A DNA stretch of 32,337 bases, taken from the NCBI GenBank assembly GCA_049999805.1, contig JBNGIO010006316.1, positions 117,221 to 149,557 on the forward strand, in the 5' to 3' direction. A model generated the notes under the pieces. The model ran no database searches and was not told the origin of the DNA. It was given only the letters and a program-made list of their open reading frames with translations. Each line of letters begins with the position of its first letter. The stretch's first letter is position 1. The position numbers and the translations under genes were made by a program. This stretch comes from Folioceros fuciformis. Its lineage: Eukaryota. Below are positions 11,748-25,000 of the stretch, piece by piece.

Positions 11748-12859
11748 TAGCCTTCGAGTAGCCCGCCATCCATTGACGACTTGCAAACCACCTCCTCTAG
11801 GTGCTGCTCTTTGTTCAAGATACTTACAAAAGAGTCTGGCAATCTACACCCCACTGACTACTACCCTAGACTCAATTTGACAAGCTTGATCTTCAAGCCC
11901 TCCACACCTATGTTTCAAGACAAGACTTCTCACTGTCTACCTCTCTATATCTTTTGTGTCCATTCTCAAGGCCTTAGCACTGGCCTATTTATACTCTATA
12001 GCTAAGCCACTACTAAAGCTGGAAATAATACACACCACTCATCTCATAATACTAGTGGTCATTACAACTCCATCCTTCTTAGGAGGTTTTGTCTGGAACA
12101 CACATCGTGTTTCGAAAGGCAGCAAGAAGCATACTTGCTTCTTCATTAAGACAGCTCTAGATTTAGCTTTCACCTTTCTACTTTTAACTTTCACCTTATT
12201 TCACTTGTGCCATTACTCTCTTCCCCTCCTAGGTGTCATTGTCCTCAATGACATGCAATATAACGTAAGATCATCCATGATCCTTGTTGCATGTCTTAAA
12301 ATGAAACCTAGTTAGAATCGATGACTGAGCTAGATGAAGAGTGCATGCATGTATAATTTTGCTTGTAAACTTCACTTTTTGATGCCCAACTATGGCTATT
12401 GGCAAGAAAGAATTCGCTAAACGGCTTATGAGGTGAGTACCCCTTAATGTTGTCCCTCATTAGAACATACTTGTTCACTTAAAAGTGAGAGTTGGACAAT
12501 AGGACTGATACTTAGATGTGGCATAGCTCCAGCATGTCGACGCCCTCTATAGGTCTCTATTCTCTAGAGACCTGACTACACACGATTTGGGCACCCTGCA
12601 TCCGGAACTAAACCATACTCGTGTACTCCTTGTTTGAGAAAAAGATGAATATTATACTGACTTATCACCAGGAAGGATGAGCTGACATGGGTGTTGTTTA
12701 TGCATAATTTACCAATGTGCAAAATTCTACATAATTTGCCGATGTGCAAAGTTCTACATCCATGACTGTAAGGTCCATCTACCCCGTGGCAAGGGGAACA
12801 ACCCGCAATGGGGAAAAGCCAAGAAAGGGGGCCTAACCCCTCGTCTGTTTAGCTTGTAA

Positions 12860-13930
12860 CTCCTTATCGCCCTTAAGATCTCACATGCAGGTATGAGGTA
12901 TGGCCTACTTACTACCGGGGTTGTTGAAGCCGTATTCGCCTCACTTGATGTTGTCCCAAAAATTGCGTTTGCCAAGGCCTTTTGTGACGCAATCGAAATT
13001 AGTTGCCTGAAAAATGCCACCACACTTGATAGGGGAAGCCTTACGCCGCTCCTGTTGACGTGATGGGCCTTCACGCATGTCTTTTAAAACCTGGAAAAAT
13101 CCTTACCCATAGCCTCATGCATTTCAATAGCAAGGGGGATGAACAAGTGACCTTGCTGCATGGCCTATACTTGCAAGTCTTCTTTATCGAGCTTCCTTCT
13201 ACCGCCCAACCCGGGGGGTTGATAATGACATGCTCGCTGATGGTTGTCTTAGTGGGGTCTGTGACCACCACATCCGCTATGGAAACCTGGTTCCCCTTGG
13301 TCGAGAAAAGGTCTACAATGAGGGAGACGCCATTTAGCAAGGTATATGGGCGCTCCTTGTAGGGGAAGAAGCCATCCTCCTTGGCCAAAGAAAACGTAAC
13401 GTCCCTCACTGCATTATGGGTGGCGATGCACTGCCTGCCGATAGGGCAACGTGCCAGGTGGCTCCCGGGGTCATCGAGGGGGACTCCACAGCTACAAGAA
13501 GAGAGAGACCAGACCAGCAGGTGGACCAAGCCTAGGCGGAACCTCATTGCGGTAGAGAAAGAAGCTGGTGCAATTCAGCAAGCCTAGATGCATGGACATG
13601 CCAACAACCAAGAGCCAATGCCCTTCCCCGAACAAGATCGAAGGCGTGCTTGAGCCTACTTGTCAGAGGAGGAATCTAGCATGAGGGCCTACAACTCTTG
13701 CCCATAATGCTATTCCATGAGGGTGGCCTGAAGCCCCCTCATACCCCGATAAAGGGAGGAGGAAAAAGAAGGCATGACCAATCGAGCTTGTGAGGATAAG
13801 AGATCCCGGGCCCTCCTCAAGGACTCCTGGAGGGGGAATGGCCCCTCCTCCACTCTCGTGACAAAACCCTCCAAAACGCCCTAATTTCCGATGGAGAAGC
13901 GAGTCACTAAAGCTGGGACAAAGAGCGCCT
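12860..13930 (-). mobile_element. 5'-truncated, degenerate non-LTR retrotransposon 3' ORF with zinc knuckle and restriction-like endonuclease (CRE-like / RLE clade)
   Basis: The minus strand reads ALFVPALVTRF...ARLRSCSGKGIGSWLLACP...FSTAMRFRLGL...CSCG...DDPGSHLARC...HNAVRD...VDL...ADVVVTDP...KKTCKY, then after a frameshift GHLFIPLAIE...FRQLISIASQKALANAI. Several in-frame TAG/TGA stops. Confidence 0.8.
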
Positions 13931-14451
13931 TACTACTAAGACAAGCAGCTGGCGCCGAGGCAAAAGAATGGAGAGAAGTTGTGGACAGTGAGTATAACTC
14001 CCTCATTGCCAACAAAACATGGATTATTACTCCTCTACCTCCTAGAAGGAAGTGCATCTATTGAAGTGGACTTTCAAGATCAAGTGGAAGTCTAACAACA
14101 GCATAGAGCGCTACAAGGCAAGGCTGGTGGGGAAAAGGTATTCGTAGATTCCAGGTGTGGATTACATAGATACCTTCTCTTATGTTGCAAAGATAGCCTC
14201 TATCCGAGCACTCCTTGCTGGCGCTGCTGCTTTGGATATGGAGATACATCATATGGATGTCCAAACTGCTTTTCTAAATGGAGATCGGAACGAAGAGATC
14301 TACATGGAGCAACCCGAAGGATACATGGTACTTGGATGTGAGGACGAGGTATGTAAGCTACAAACGGCCATTTACGATCTTAAGCAATCTGCTCTTACAT
14401 GGTATTGTAAACTTGATGATCATTTACAGTCTAGAGGTTTCAGGAAGATCA

Positions 14452-15497
14452 ATGCTGATTGGAATATTTATCTGAAGCGAGTGGGAGCTTCTATCGTCAT
14501 CATTGCCGTATGCTGATTGGAATATTTACGTGAAGTGAGTAAGATCTTCTGTCGTCATCATTGCCATATGCTAATTGGAATATTTATGTGAAGCGAGTGG
14601 GAGCTTCTATCGTCATCATTCCCGTATACCGATTGGAATATTTACTTGAAGCGAGTGGGAGCTTCTGTCGTCATCATTCCCGTATGCTAATTGGGATATT
14701 TACTTGAAGCGAGTGGGAGCTTCTATCATCATCATTGCCATATGCTCATTGGAATATTTACTTGAAGTGAGTGGGAGCTTTTGTCGACATCATTCCCTTA
14801 TGCTGATTGGAATATTTACTTGAAGCGAGTGGGAGCTTCTGTCGACATCATTGCTGTATGCTAATTGGAATATTTACTTGAAGCGAGTGGGAGCTTCTGT
14901 CATCATCATTGAGGTATGCTGATTGGAATATTTACGTGAAGCGAGTAGGAGCTTTTGTCGTCATCATTGCCCTATGCTAATTGGATTACTTACGTTGCTG
15001 TATGCTGATTAGATTACTTATGTGAAGCAAGTGGGAGCTTCTGTCGTCATCATTGTCGTATGCTGATTGGAATATTTACGTGAAGGGAGTGCGAGCTTCT
15101 GTCGTCATCATTGCCGCATGCTGATTGAAATATTTACGTAAAGTGAGTAGGAGCTTCTGTCGTCATCATTGCCGTATGGTATGCTGATTGGAATATTTAC
15201 TTAAAGCGAGTGGGAATTTCTGTCGTCATCATTGCTGTATGTGATTGGAATATTTACGTAAAGCGAGTGGGAGTTTCTGTCGTCATCATTGCCGTATGCT
15301 GATTGGAATATTTACGTAAAGNNNNNNNNNNTTCTGTCGTCATCATTGCCGTATGCTGATTGGAATATTTACGTAAAGGAGTGAGAGCTTATGTCGTCAT
15401 CATTGCCGTATGATTGGAATATTTACGTAAAGCAGTGAGAGCTTCTCGTCAATGATCATATTTACGTAAAGCACTGAGAGCTTCTCGTCATCATTGA
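14452..15497 (+). repeat. 58-nt tandem array (ATGCTGATTGGAATATTTAC[T/G]TGAAGCGAGTGGGAGCTTCTGTCGTCATCATTGCCGT), about 17 units plus fragments, derived from copia RT coding sequence
   Basis: Units start at 14452, 14510, 14568, 14626 and onward (period 58). Unit 1 is in frame with the RT (ADWNIYLKRVGASIVIIAV). Confidence 0.97.
15322..15331. other. Assembly gap (10 N) inside the 58-nt array
   Basis: Run of N characters. Confidence 1.
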
Positions 15498-16073
15498 TGT
15501 AATCATCGTTAACAATGATCGTCATCATTAACGTATATGTGGATGATTTAATCATCGTTAACAATGATCAAGAACTTCTGACTTTAGCAAAGGGAGACGT
15601 TAGTGAAAGGCCTACACTACTTAATGAGGAAACCTGCTTTACTAGTTAATTCAACAGTCATGTTTGTTACACCTCAGAATTGAACCCCGTTGTGGAGGGG
15701 AAGCAGATTCCAGGAATCAGGGTTGCCGGCAAACGGTCCCGGTACCATCGTCCGGCAACGGACACGGTCGCTAGTCCACTGTGCCGTGTGGCGGCCGTTG
15801 GGGTTGGGCTGGAGACGCAGGAGATGAGGAAGTATCTACATCCGCGGAAGCTTGATTCGCATCAGCAGTTTCATTTGGCGGCAGCTGGCGCGCGGTGCAT
15901 CCAGTGAACCCTGGTGTTCAGCCCGGGCCACCTAGGCGGGCACGAGAGTGGATGGACGGGAAGGAAGACTGCTTGATCATGAGATGACCACTCCACACCT
16001 GTGGTCTACTCCACTCCACCCCACTCCACTCTCCTCTGCTCTCCACTCCACTCGACTCACAGGGCGGAGCGTT

Positions 16074-17752
16074 ATGACGGTAGCGCCGACGCTTACGCCG
16101 CCCTTGGGGCTAGATGCTACCACGGTCGACGAAGACAGCCTCCTGAAGCGGGTGCTAGACTCGTTTAAGGGCCTGCGACCGGGGGCCGATCTTACATCTC
16201 TCCGAATTCCTGCGCAGTTCAACCTTCCGAAATCGCAGCTACAGTTGTACGGAGAGTCCGTGTACTGCTCCGCTCACGACCTGTTGGCCCAGTGCGCGCA
16301 GGCCCCCACGGCTTTGGATCGCTTTCTAGCCGTTGTTCGATGGCACGTTTCCACCATCAGGCCTCCGGTTTTCCTCAGAGCTCCTTACAATCCTGTGCTG
16401 GGGGAAACGCACCACGTCACCGTTGGTGATCTCAATGTCCTGCTGGAGCAGGTGCTTATGGCTCTTCGGATCCTCAACCTTGAAGTGGCGCTGATAGTAT
16501 AGGATGGGATAGGATGTGTTGCAGCAGCCTGATCATCATCATGATGCAGCTTGTCAATGATGCATTTTGGTGACCAGGCTGGGAAGAGTTGAATCATGCC
16601 GTCATGCTCACCCTGACCCGTTTTCGTGCCCAATCCACGACTGGCAACAGGTGTCTCACCATCCGCCTGTCACCGCCCTGCACGCCACCAATGAGGAGCG
16701 GGGAATCGAGCTTTCGTGGTGGCAGCGACCGGACCCTCGCTTTTATGGTCAACACTCTAGATCCATGCCGCCTTGTAACTTGCATTGCCTGAGGAAGTTT
16801 TTTGGCGATGGCCGTGCAGGCCAAGCATCAAATTTAATTCTCATGTGCCTGGACGTGCCAAATGTAGGAAGCAACATGGAGGTATCGATAGTGGGACCCC
16901 GACTCTTGGTGTTGCGGCGGAAGCAAGAAGAGTACGAATCACGTGCTCCCAATCTTAGCTTTCGCTTCTTTCCCCGCCCGGGCGCGGAATGGGTTGGCCA
17001 AATCACTGTCTCCTGCGCGCAGTCCGGGTTCGAGGCCACCGTCAGCTGCCGATCCAGGAGCTTGTTCGGCCTGCTTGGAGCTTGCAATCGGGTGCAGGGC
17101 AAGGTCTGGGACACCCGCACTGGCCAGACTCTCTTCGACCTCAACGGCAATTGGGACAAGTATGCGTCACTCTCTCAGCTCGCTCGCCCTCACCTTCGGT
17201 CTCGCTCTCGCTTTCTTGCTCGTTGCGACCTGGCTTGCTGTTGTCAGCCCTCAACCACTTGCTTCAGTCCAGTGCTTCTCCTTTGCTGCTTAGCCTCGTA
17301 CGTCGTCGGGCGCAGGATTGTGTCCATAAAAGACAGGCGCACAGGGAAAGCCAGTGTTTTCTACGACGGTAGCAGAGCACTGTCGGGCTTGCCGACACCC
17401 GCTTTCGAGAACGACAAGGTGGCGTTTTTATTCACGTTATCAGGTTCCTTTGTCATGTGGAGACAGACGCTCATGCTGATTGCTGATGCTGCAGGAATTG
17501 CTTCACACGGAATCTGTGGTAGTCTGGGCCGCGCTTACTGACGCCATTTTGAAGCGGGATTGGGACAAGGCCAGAGAGGCGAAGAAAATCGTCGAAGAGC
17601 AGCAACGGCAGCGCCGGACGGAAAGTGAGGACTGGAGCCCTAAGTATTTTGTCAGGTCCCCAAAAGGAGACTGGAGATGGCGGCAGAATGGGCAGCCCGT
17701 TCCCCGGGCTCCCATCGTCGTTCCTCCTGCTCCTCGATCCAGAAAGCCTTGA
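16074..17752 (+). CDS. ORP4: Oxysterol-binding protein-related protein, short ORD-only ORP4-like, about 375 aa
   Basis: Exons 16074-16451, 16651-16747, 16868-17159, 17316-17418, 17495-17752. The OSBP signature EQ|VSHHPP is split by intron 1. Also PGADLTSLRIPAQFNLPKSQLQ, PYNPVLGETH, and ESVVVW...A.EAKK.VEEQQR...W.PKYF. An AG acceptor just upstream (about 16062) hints at a further 5' exon. Confidence 0.92.
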
Positions 17753-17870
17753 TGACAAAGCGACACTGCCGTCAATCGTGCTGCAAGGCAGCAATTCATG
17801 TCTGTGTCACCATCTTTATAAAACAACGTGGTAGTAGTATACGTGTAAAAGGCTGCCCTTCTTCTACCAC

Positions 17871-18584
17871 CTAGTACACCTGTGCATCAGCAGCGTCTGC
17901 CACAATAGGCAGCCTTGGGGTCTTGCCCAGAATGCAGGAGGAGACCCCGAAGAGAAAGCAGGCCACGAGGAAGAGGAAGACGGTGTTGTCCAGAATCACC
18001 AGGATCTGGAATCCGAGGCCCCCGGTGGGATGGAAGGTGCGCTCCACCACGGACGGCAGGATGAGCAGCACGTCCAGCACCACAGCTTGCATGCTGTTGA
18101 AGCGCACGTAGCGGCTGAAGCTGGGGTTCCTCACCACCGCCAGATACAGGGTGAAGAAGGCGATGAGGTTGGAGTAAGGGAAGCTGCTGTAGAGCTGCAA
18201 CAGCGGGAAAAGCGGCTGCAGCAGAAGCTGGGATTCCGGGAATTGTAGGAAGAGGAAGCGCCCGAACTGCACCCCGTCCAGGAGCGGCAGCAGGTATCCA
18301 GACGCTGCCACCAGCCGTTCCACAGCCGCCACGGACCCATCTCGCCCTGCCTGCCTCCTGCTCTTGCTCCTGCTCACCACCTGGCGGCAGCCCAAGCCCA
18401 AACCCAAGCCCGATTCCAAGTCCAAGCGGGATCCCGGATACTTCCACCCTCGAGCCCCGCAACTGCTAAGACTGCTGCGCAGCGTCCTAGCCGCACGTAA
18501 GCCCGCGGACCCCTGCTCTCGGCCCGCTACTCGGATTCCGCCGCCCGGTACTGGCACAAGCAGCGCGGGGAGAAGCAGTGCCAT
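17871..18584 (-). CDS. TIC20: Chloroplast protein import channel TIC20, group 2 (TIC20-V/II-like), intronless, 237 aa, with a transit-peptide-like N-terminus
   Basis: ERLVAASGYLLPLLDGVQFGRFL...FFTLYLAVVRNPSFSRYVRFNSMQAVVLDVLL...TPRLPIVADAADAQV. First ATG at 18584; Arg/Ser/Ala-rich N-terminus. Confidence 0.93.
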   Translation of the reverse strand: MALLLPALLVPVPGGGIRVAGREQGSAGLRAARTLRSSLSSCGARGWKYPGSRLDLESGLGLGLGCRQVVSRSKSRRQAGRDGSVAAVERLVAASGYLLPLLDGVQFGRFLFLQFPESQLLLQPLFPLLQLYSSFPYSNLIAFFTLYLAVVRNPSFSRYVRFNSMQAVVLDVLLILPSVVERTFHPTGGLGFQILVILDNTVFLFLVACFLFGVSSCILGKTPRLPIVADAADAQVY

Positions 18585-18740
18585 TGCCCGCGCCTTCTGC
18601 ACCTCCGCTCACACCGTGAGCCTCGCTCTCGCTCTTTCCGTGTCCGTCTGGCCTTTTCGACCACAGGCTCCGGAGTGAGGAAACAAAACTATTTCTTTTT
18701 GGTTCTGCTACCACGCCAAGCTGCCGACGTCTGAAATTCC
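18585..18740. promoter_or_regulatory. Putative bidirectional promoter (156 bp between the divergent TIC20 and PAHX start codons)
   Basis: Head-to-head ATGs at 18584 (-) and 18741 (+). Inferred from geometry only. Confidence 0.55.
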
Positions 18741-20287
<1,547 letters not shown>

Positions 20288-20532
20288 TAGACTGGAATGA
20301 GGCTATAGCTTGTGGGTACATTTCCCATCAATGGGAAGTTGAGCAGTTTTTCATTCTCAATTTGTATAAACGTGGACAGCGAGAATGAGGACTCCCATTC
20401 GCCATCTGTCGGCTGTTGAATCATAACTGGTGATGCAGAAAGTAAATTGTGAACTCCATGATTCAAGAAATATGTGCTCCGGCTGCAAGCCTACTTCCGC
20501 AGACCTGCGATGTATTCCAGACTCCTCTCTGA

Positions 20533-21870
20533 CTAGGAAAGACTGAGGCCCAGATCATCGCCATTGTCTGATAAATCCTCCTCATCTGAAGAAACTTCTA
20601 CGTAACTGCAACCAAGAACGTGGAAGCAAGAAGATAACTCAGGCTGTCGGCACTTCACCACCGAGAAAAGGAGTAGAGAAGGCAACGGTCCATACCTGAG
20701 CTTTCGGCCGGCTGTCCGGGCCGACAACCTTAAGGGGGTAGACTTTGAGGGGTCGTCCTCCGCATCCTTGTTGGTATCTTCATCCAAAGGCTGCTGCTTA
20801 GGCGGGGAAAACTTCACATCACCCGGTTCGTCGTCACCCGCAATTGGTCCGCTGGTATTAACAACAGAAGCTCCGTCTGTCACGGCGGGTGTTGCTTCTC
20901 CTTTTCCTGCTGATTGACGCTGCTCCGAGCTCTGCTCCTCATGCGCAGAAGAACAGCTATGACGGAGGCGAGGCAGTCACAGTTACGCCCAGGGAGCCAC
21001 AAGAAGCATCACAAGATACCTTGTTCAAACTTGACGGCATCTCAAGCTGCTCCTCGTCCGGGTTTTCATCCTTGGTTCCGATCCACCAAGCTGTGGAAAA
21101 GACAACCTACAAATTGAAATCTCAATGGCACAGGCGCTGGAGAAGAAACAAGACACCCGTAATGCACAAACCAGTAGCTCTTCTCACCAAACTGTCAAAA
21201 CAGTCCTCACAAAGGATGTTGCCTGCTCCCCGCTGGAAATGCAGAGTGAGATACTTGTTCTTCGGGTACACGATGGTTCCAAAAAATTTCAAGCGTCCCT
21301 GCAGGACTCAACCAACCAGTCGACCGATTTACATGGCCGTTCAAGTAGTAATACTCCAGAAGAGCAATGCAAGACCCAGCAGAGCTGCAACCTGAGGGAA
21401 GTTCATGTAAAGAACAGGATTTTTGGAATCCAATTGCGCCAGCTCTCCGAATCGACCGCTCCCTACAGGTGTCACCAGCCCTGGAAAGGCGAACAAGAAC
21501 TTGGTTTTCCGATGTCCCCGTTTCACGATGTCTTTGCCATCGCACTTAGCCAGAGCTGCACGCAACACAGCCACGATGTGTCAGGAGCAAAACACAAAGG
21601 CAATTGTCTGAGACGAGGGCCAAAGGAGACACACTCTTGGCTGGCTGCAGGAAGGAGGCAGGCTGCGCAGGCGTATCCGCCACAGGCTTGTAGCTGAGAG
21701 CCATGCTAGCTGACCTTCCTTCCCGAGGCGACCTGGTTCCCCGCGCTGTTTTGCACAGTACAGTATCGGAACACATGTCTTAAGAGAGAAGATGCATGTC
21801 TCCAGTACTGTAGGTTGCTAGAGAGATGATTGATACCGGAAGTAAGGTGGGCCTGCCTTCGTTCGTCCAT
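20533..21870 (-). CDS. RHL1: DNA-binding protein RHL1 (ROOT HAIRLESS1, topoisomerase VI accessory subunit), about 271 aa; start codon uncertain
   Basis: Minus-strand exons 21870-21837 (tentative), 21745-21635, 21555-21392, 21298-21188, 21106-21020, 20931-20696, 20605-20533. Motifs KCDGKDIVKRGHRKTKFLFAFPGL...LDSKNPVLYMNFPQGRLKFFGTIVYPKNKYLTL...VVFSTAWWIGTKDENPDE...RLSARTAGRKLSY. Confidence 0.9.
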
Positions 21871-22018
21871 TTGCGCCTCCTTTTTTTGTGTTGGGCTCTG
21901 GGCTCCGATGACGTGAAGGCGAGGAGTAGATATTAGCATCTCAAACACTCAATGCAGCTTGGGATAGATCATTCCGAGTCCGCTCTGCTGCGCTTTGCCA
22001 CTCCAGTTTCACGCTCGG

Positions 22019-25000
22019 ATGGCCAGGAGCGGCCCTTCATTTGCCCGCGCCCGACAATCGCTGCCAACTGCTGCGTGCAGAATTAGATCCTGGTGCAACC
22101 GCTGGTTGTCGCTTTCCACGAATGTGCACTCCACAGCCACCTTCGTGCACGATGAAAGCCTCAGCTGTGCCATCGTCCTGTGGCCCGTGGTCGCCAACTT
22201 ATACAAGCTGGAGGTTTTGTTCCCCGTCGCAGGGCCAGGTCAGGCAGACTTGGCAGACGAGGCTGCTCCGCTATCGTGCTTCTCTGTTGACAGATGGTTC
22301 CTGTGCCGCCGGGGTTTCCTTCTGTCTGTTGCCAAAGCCAGTATAGACCTGCAATCTGAGGATCTTCTATTTGGTCTCGAGTTGGATGACAATGCAAGTA
22401 AGGAGACATGCTGCTGCATGAGTGTCTCAATGGAATGGTGTTTCCTGAGCTTTGCAGGTTTCTGTTCCACGTTTGACTTCAAGGAACGTGGCTTGACACA
22501 ATTATGCAACAGTTGCTGTCACTCTTATCCTTCGCTCAATCCTATTCCTCTGTGCTTCTGGATGAAGGGGTGAGATTTAGGGCACATGGTCATGGCTACC
22601 TCACTACTGATGACAAAGGTCGCTTTTGGAGTGGCACGAAGACGGCAAGAAAATGGGAGTCCTTCAGTTTGCACGAGGAGGCTATGGAAGGGCCTTCGTC
22701 AGACAGCAACCTGTACGTCCTTAACCTGCTTCCAAGACCCCTACCTTCTTGCCTTCAATTCTAGTTGAGCATTTTTGTGTCGGTCTGAACATTTCTCTTT
22801 TCACAGCATGGCGGTGCGAGGTCCTGTTCGGGTAACTCTCAAGGCACACAATGGGAAATATTTGTGTGCTTGCATGCCTGTTGTCAGTGCTCGTGCTGAG
22901 GTATGCCAGTCGCAAGCATGTCATAGCCTTGTCGCATCATTTGCGTCTGTAACTCTGTGGTTCACGTTTCTGCACGTTATTCAGGCCTGAGAGTGCCTCA
23001 AACTGTTTACAGAGCTGCGTTCATGGAACCTCTCTCATCTATTGCTGACGGTGGATCGTTCCTAATGTGTGCAGGCCCCTTGCTGCTGTGAGGAACTCCT
23101 TCTTGATTTGGTATTTCCACCGCTTGTGCCCTCCAGGCAGCATGATGCAAGAAAGACTGCCTTGGATACGAACCAAGATGTGTTCCGACCAGCCAGGGAC
23201 AATATGAAGGAGAACGGGCAGGAAACCAGGAATAGAGGCTGTGATAATAATCATTTGTCGCACCCTACTTTTTGCACTATCAGAACTGCAGATGGCTCCC
23301 GAGTGGTGAGTATTTTCACATCTGCATGATACTTATGCCTCCTGCCACTAGCAAGTGGAACTCTAACCTCCAGCTTGCCCTGTCGCTATCTCACGGATGA
23401 CCTTGTTCTGTGTTTCAGCTGAGCGCCGAACCAGATGGGGTGGTTTGTACAGAACGTCTAGATCAAGTTCGTGGGTTGGAAATGTTCACTCTGCAGTTGG
23501 AGCATTGTGAAAGAGTTCCTAAAGTCAGCATTCATCCTTTTCAAAGGGGAGGGCAAATACCTAGGGAGCTCCCAAGGTATATATCAATCGAGCCCTCTGG
23601 TACAGTGCTATGCAATGGCCTGCATTCAAAGAAGTCAGAGCACTTTTATCTGGAGCTGGCAAATGGGTCAAGAGTTTTAATCAAAAGTGTAATGGGAGGC
23701 TGCCTGGCAGCGGACCCCGAGGCAACTGAAGAAGACACCACTTCTCCTGTGAATGGGAGGGGTCCCACTTCAGATGACAGTGCGCCCAAGCGAAAGCTGT
23801 GTTCCTGTGTTATTCGTACTAGGAAAGAGGTGGAAAATGTTGGGGCTTGGCAGTTAAGATATCATGGAGACTCGCTGTATACATTACTAGCTGTACCTTC
23901 ACCAAAGGATGGAGCTGATGTCTACATGTTTGCAGACTCAACTGGCCGTATTTTGCAGGTCAAGCACTTTCCATTGTCTTGTGGTTTTCCTTGTTTCATT
24001 CTAGGGGAGTCCTACGGTTGTTCTGGAAGTGTTTGCATCCCCTGATTTTGTTATTAGCTGATAGCATGGTTCACCACTGCCCCTGCATTGTGCAGTCGAA
24101 TGAACCAGCTGTGCACTTTCCCGCCTTGACTTCTTTGTTTGAGATCAAACCTGTATCAAGCTCTGTATTGAAGCGAGCAGCTTGTGCCTTTCATGAAGGC
24201 AGTGTTTTGGATAGGAGCATTGCTGGTTTCACTATTCAAACTGTACGGAAAATCAGTGGTAAAAGGTCAGATAGCTATGTTGCTTGAGTATTTGTTTTAA
24301 ACGTTCACTGGGCTCTGGTATACGAGGTAGAACCGACCTGAGTGGTCGAGCGAGGTGGTAATGTGGTGTGTCTTTGACAGGCGTTTTCTAAGTGTGGAGC
24401 CCTGTGGAAGCGTGCGGGCAGTCCGCACTGTCCCTACTCGATGGGAAGTGTTCCATTTGATTGATGTGGATGCTGCAGCCGCAACAGCTGCCCCACATAA
24501 TTTTGTCTGTCTGGCGGCTGCTAGCCGCTGTGAGCCAGCTGTGAGTCACGCTTCCGGTTCCAGACGCCAACTGGGCAGCACATTAGGCATGCAGATGTTG
24601 CGTGCGCCAGGATTTAGAGGCAGGCAAAGTATTGATCCTACATCAGCAGGACCTCCACGCACTGCAGCTGAAAGCATACAGAGGTACATGAGTTTTCCGT
24701 CTACCCTTTTTGGTACGGTCCTCCAGGGTGATTGTTTCTCAAGGCATGCCAATTCTTTCTGATGGTCATCTTTGGTGTGTCATGAAGGGCTGCTGGGGTA
24801 ACTCTGCATTCTTTGGAGCTTGGACAAGCAGTTCCACACAGGACACCTGCCTCCCTGCAAGACCTCTGTTCTTCCTACGTGTGCTGGAATGCATCCGAAG
24901 GTGCTGCAGTCTTCACGTGTCTCAGTTGATGCTTCCCTGGGATTTCAGATGACTGTCTCCTGTTTCATTGTCCTGCGTGAGGTGTGGGTCTGGTTGTCGC

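Larger units (their letters stand above)
13931..15620 (+). mobile_element. Degenerate Ty1/copia reverse transcriptase (RVT_2) fragment interrupted by a tandem array
   Basis: EAKEWREVVDSEYNSLIANKTW...KWTFKIK...RYKARLV...GVDYIDTFS.VAKIASIRALLA...IHHMDVQTAFLNGD..EEIYMEQPEGY...VCKLQTAIYDLKQS...W. Resumes after the array as VYVDDLII (YVDD at 15536-15547). Confidence 0.93.

Noticed and set aside
11750-12750. Short ORFs in the AT-richer stretch of the TE nest
   Set aside because: No recognisable motifs or splice structure; probably decayed TE non-coding sequence that I cannot classify.
14452-15497. CRISPR-like array next to a reverse transcriptase (or a retron/DGR-like system)
   Set aside because: Units are contiguous with no unique spacers, are themselves copia RT coding sequence, and the context is eukaryotic with no cas genes.
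21670-21720. C-to-U RNA editing restoring Leu codons (TCA, CCT) in the RHL1 N-terminus
   Set aside because: Plant C-to-U editing is organellar and this is an intron-containing nuclear gene; ordinary divergence explains it.
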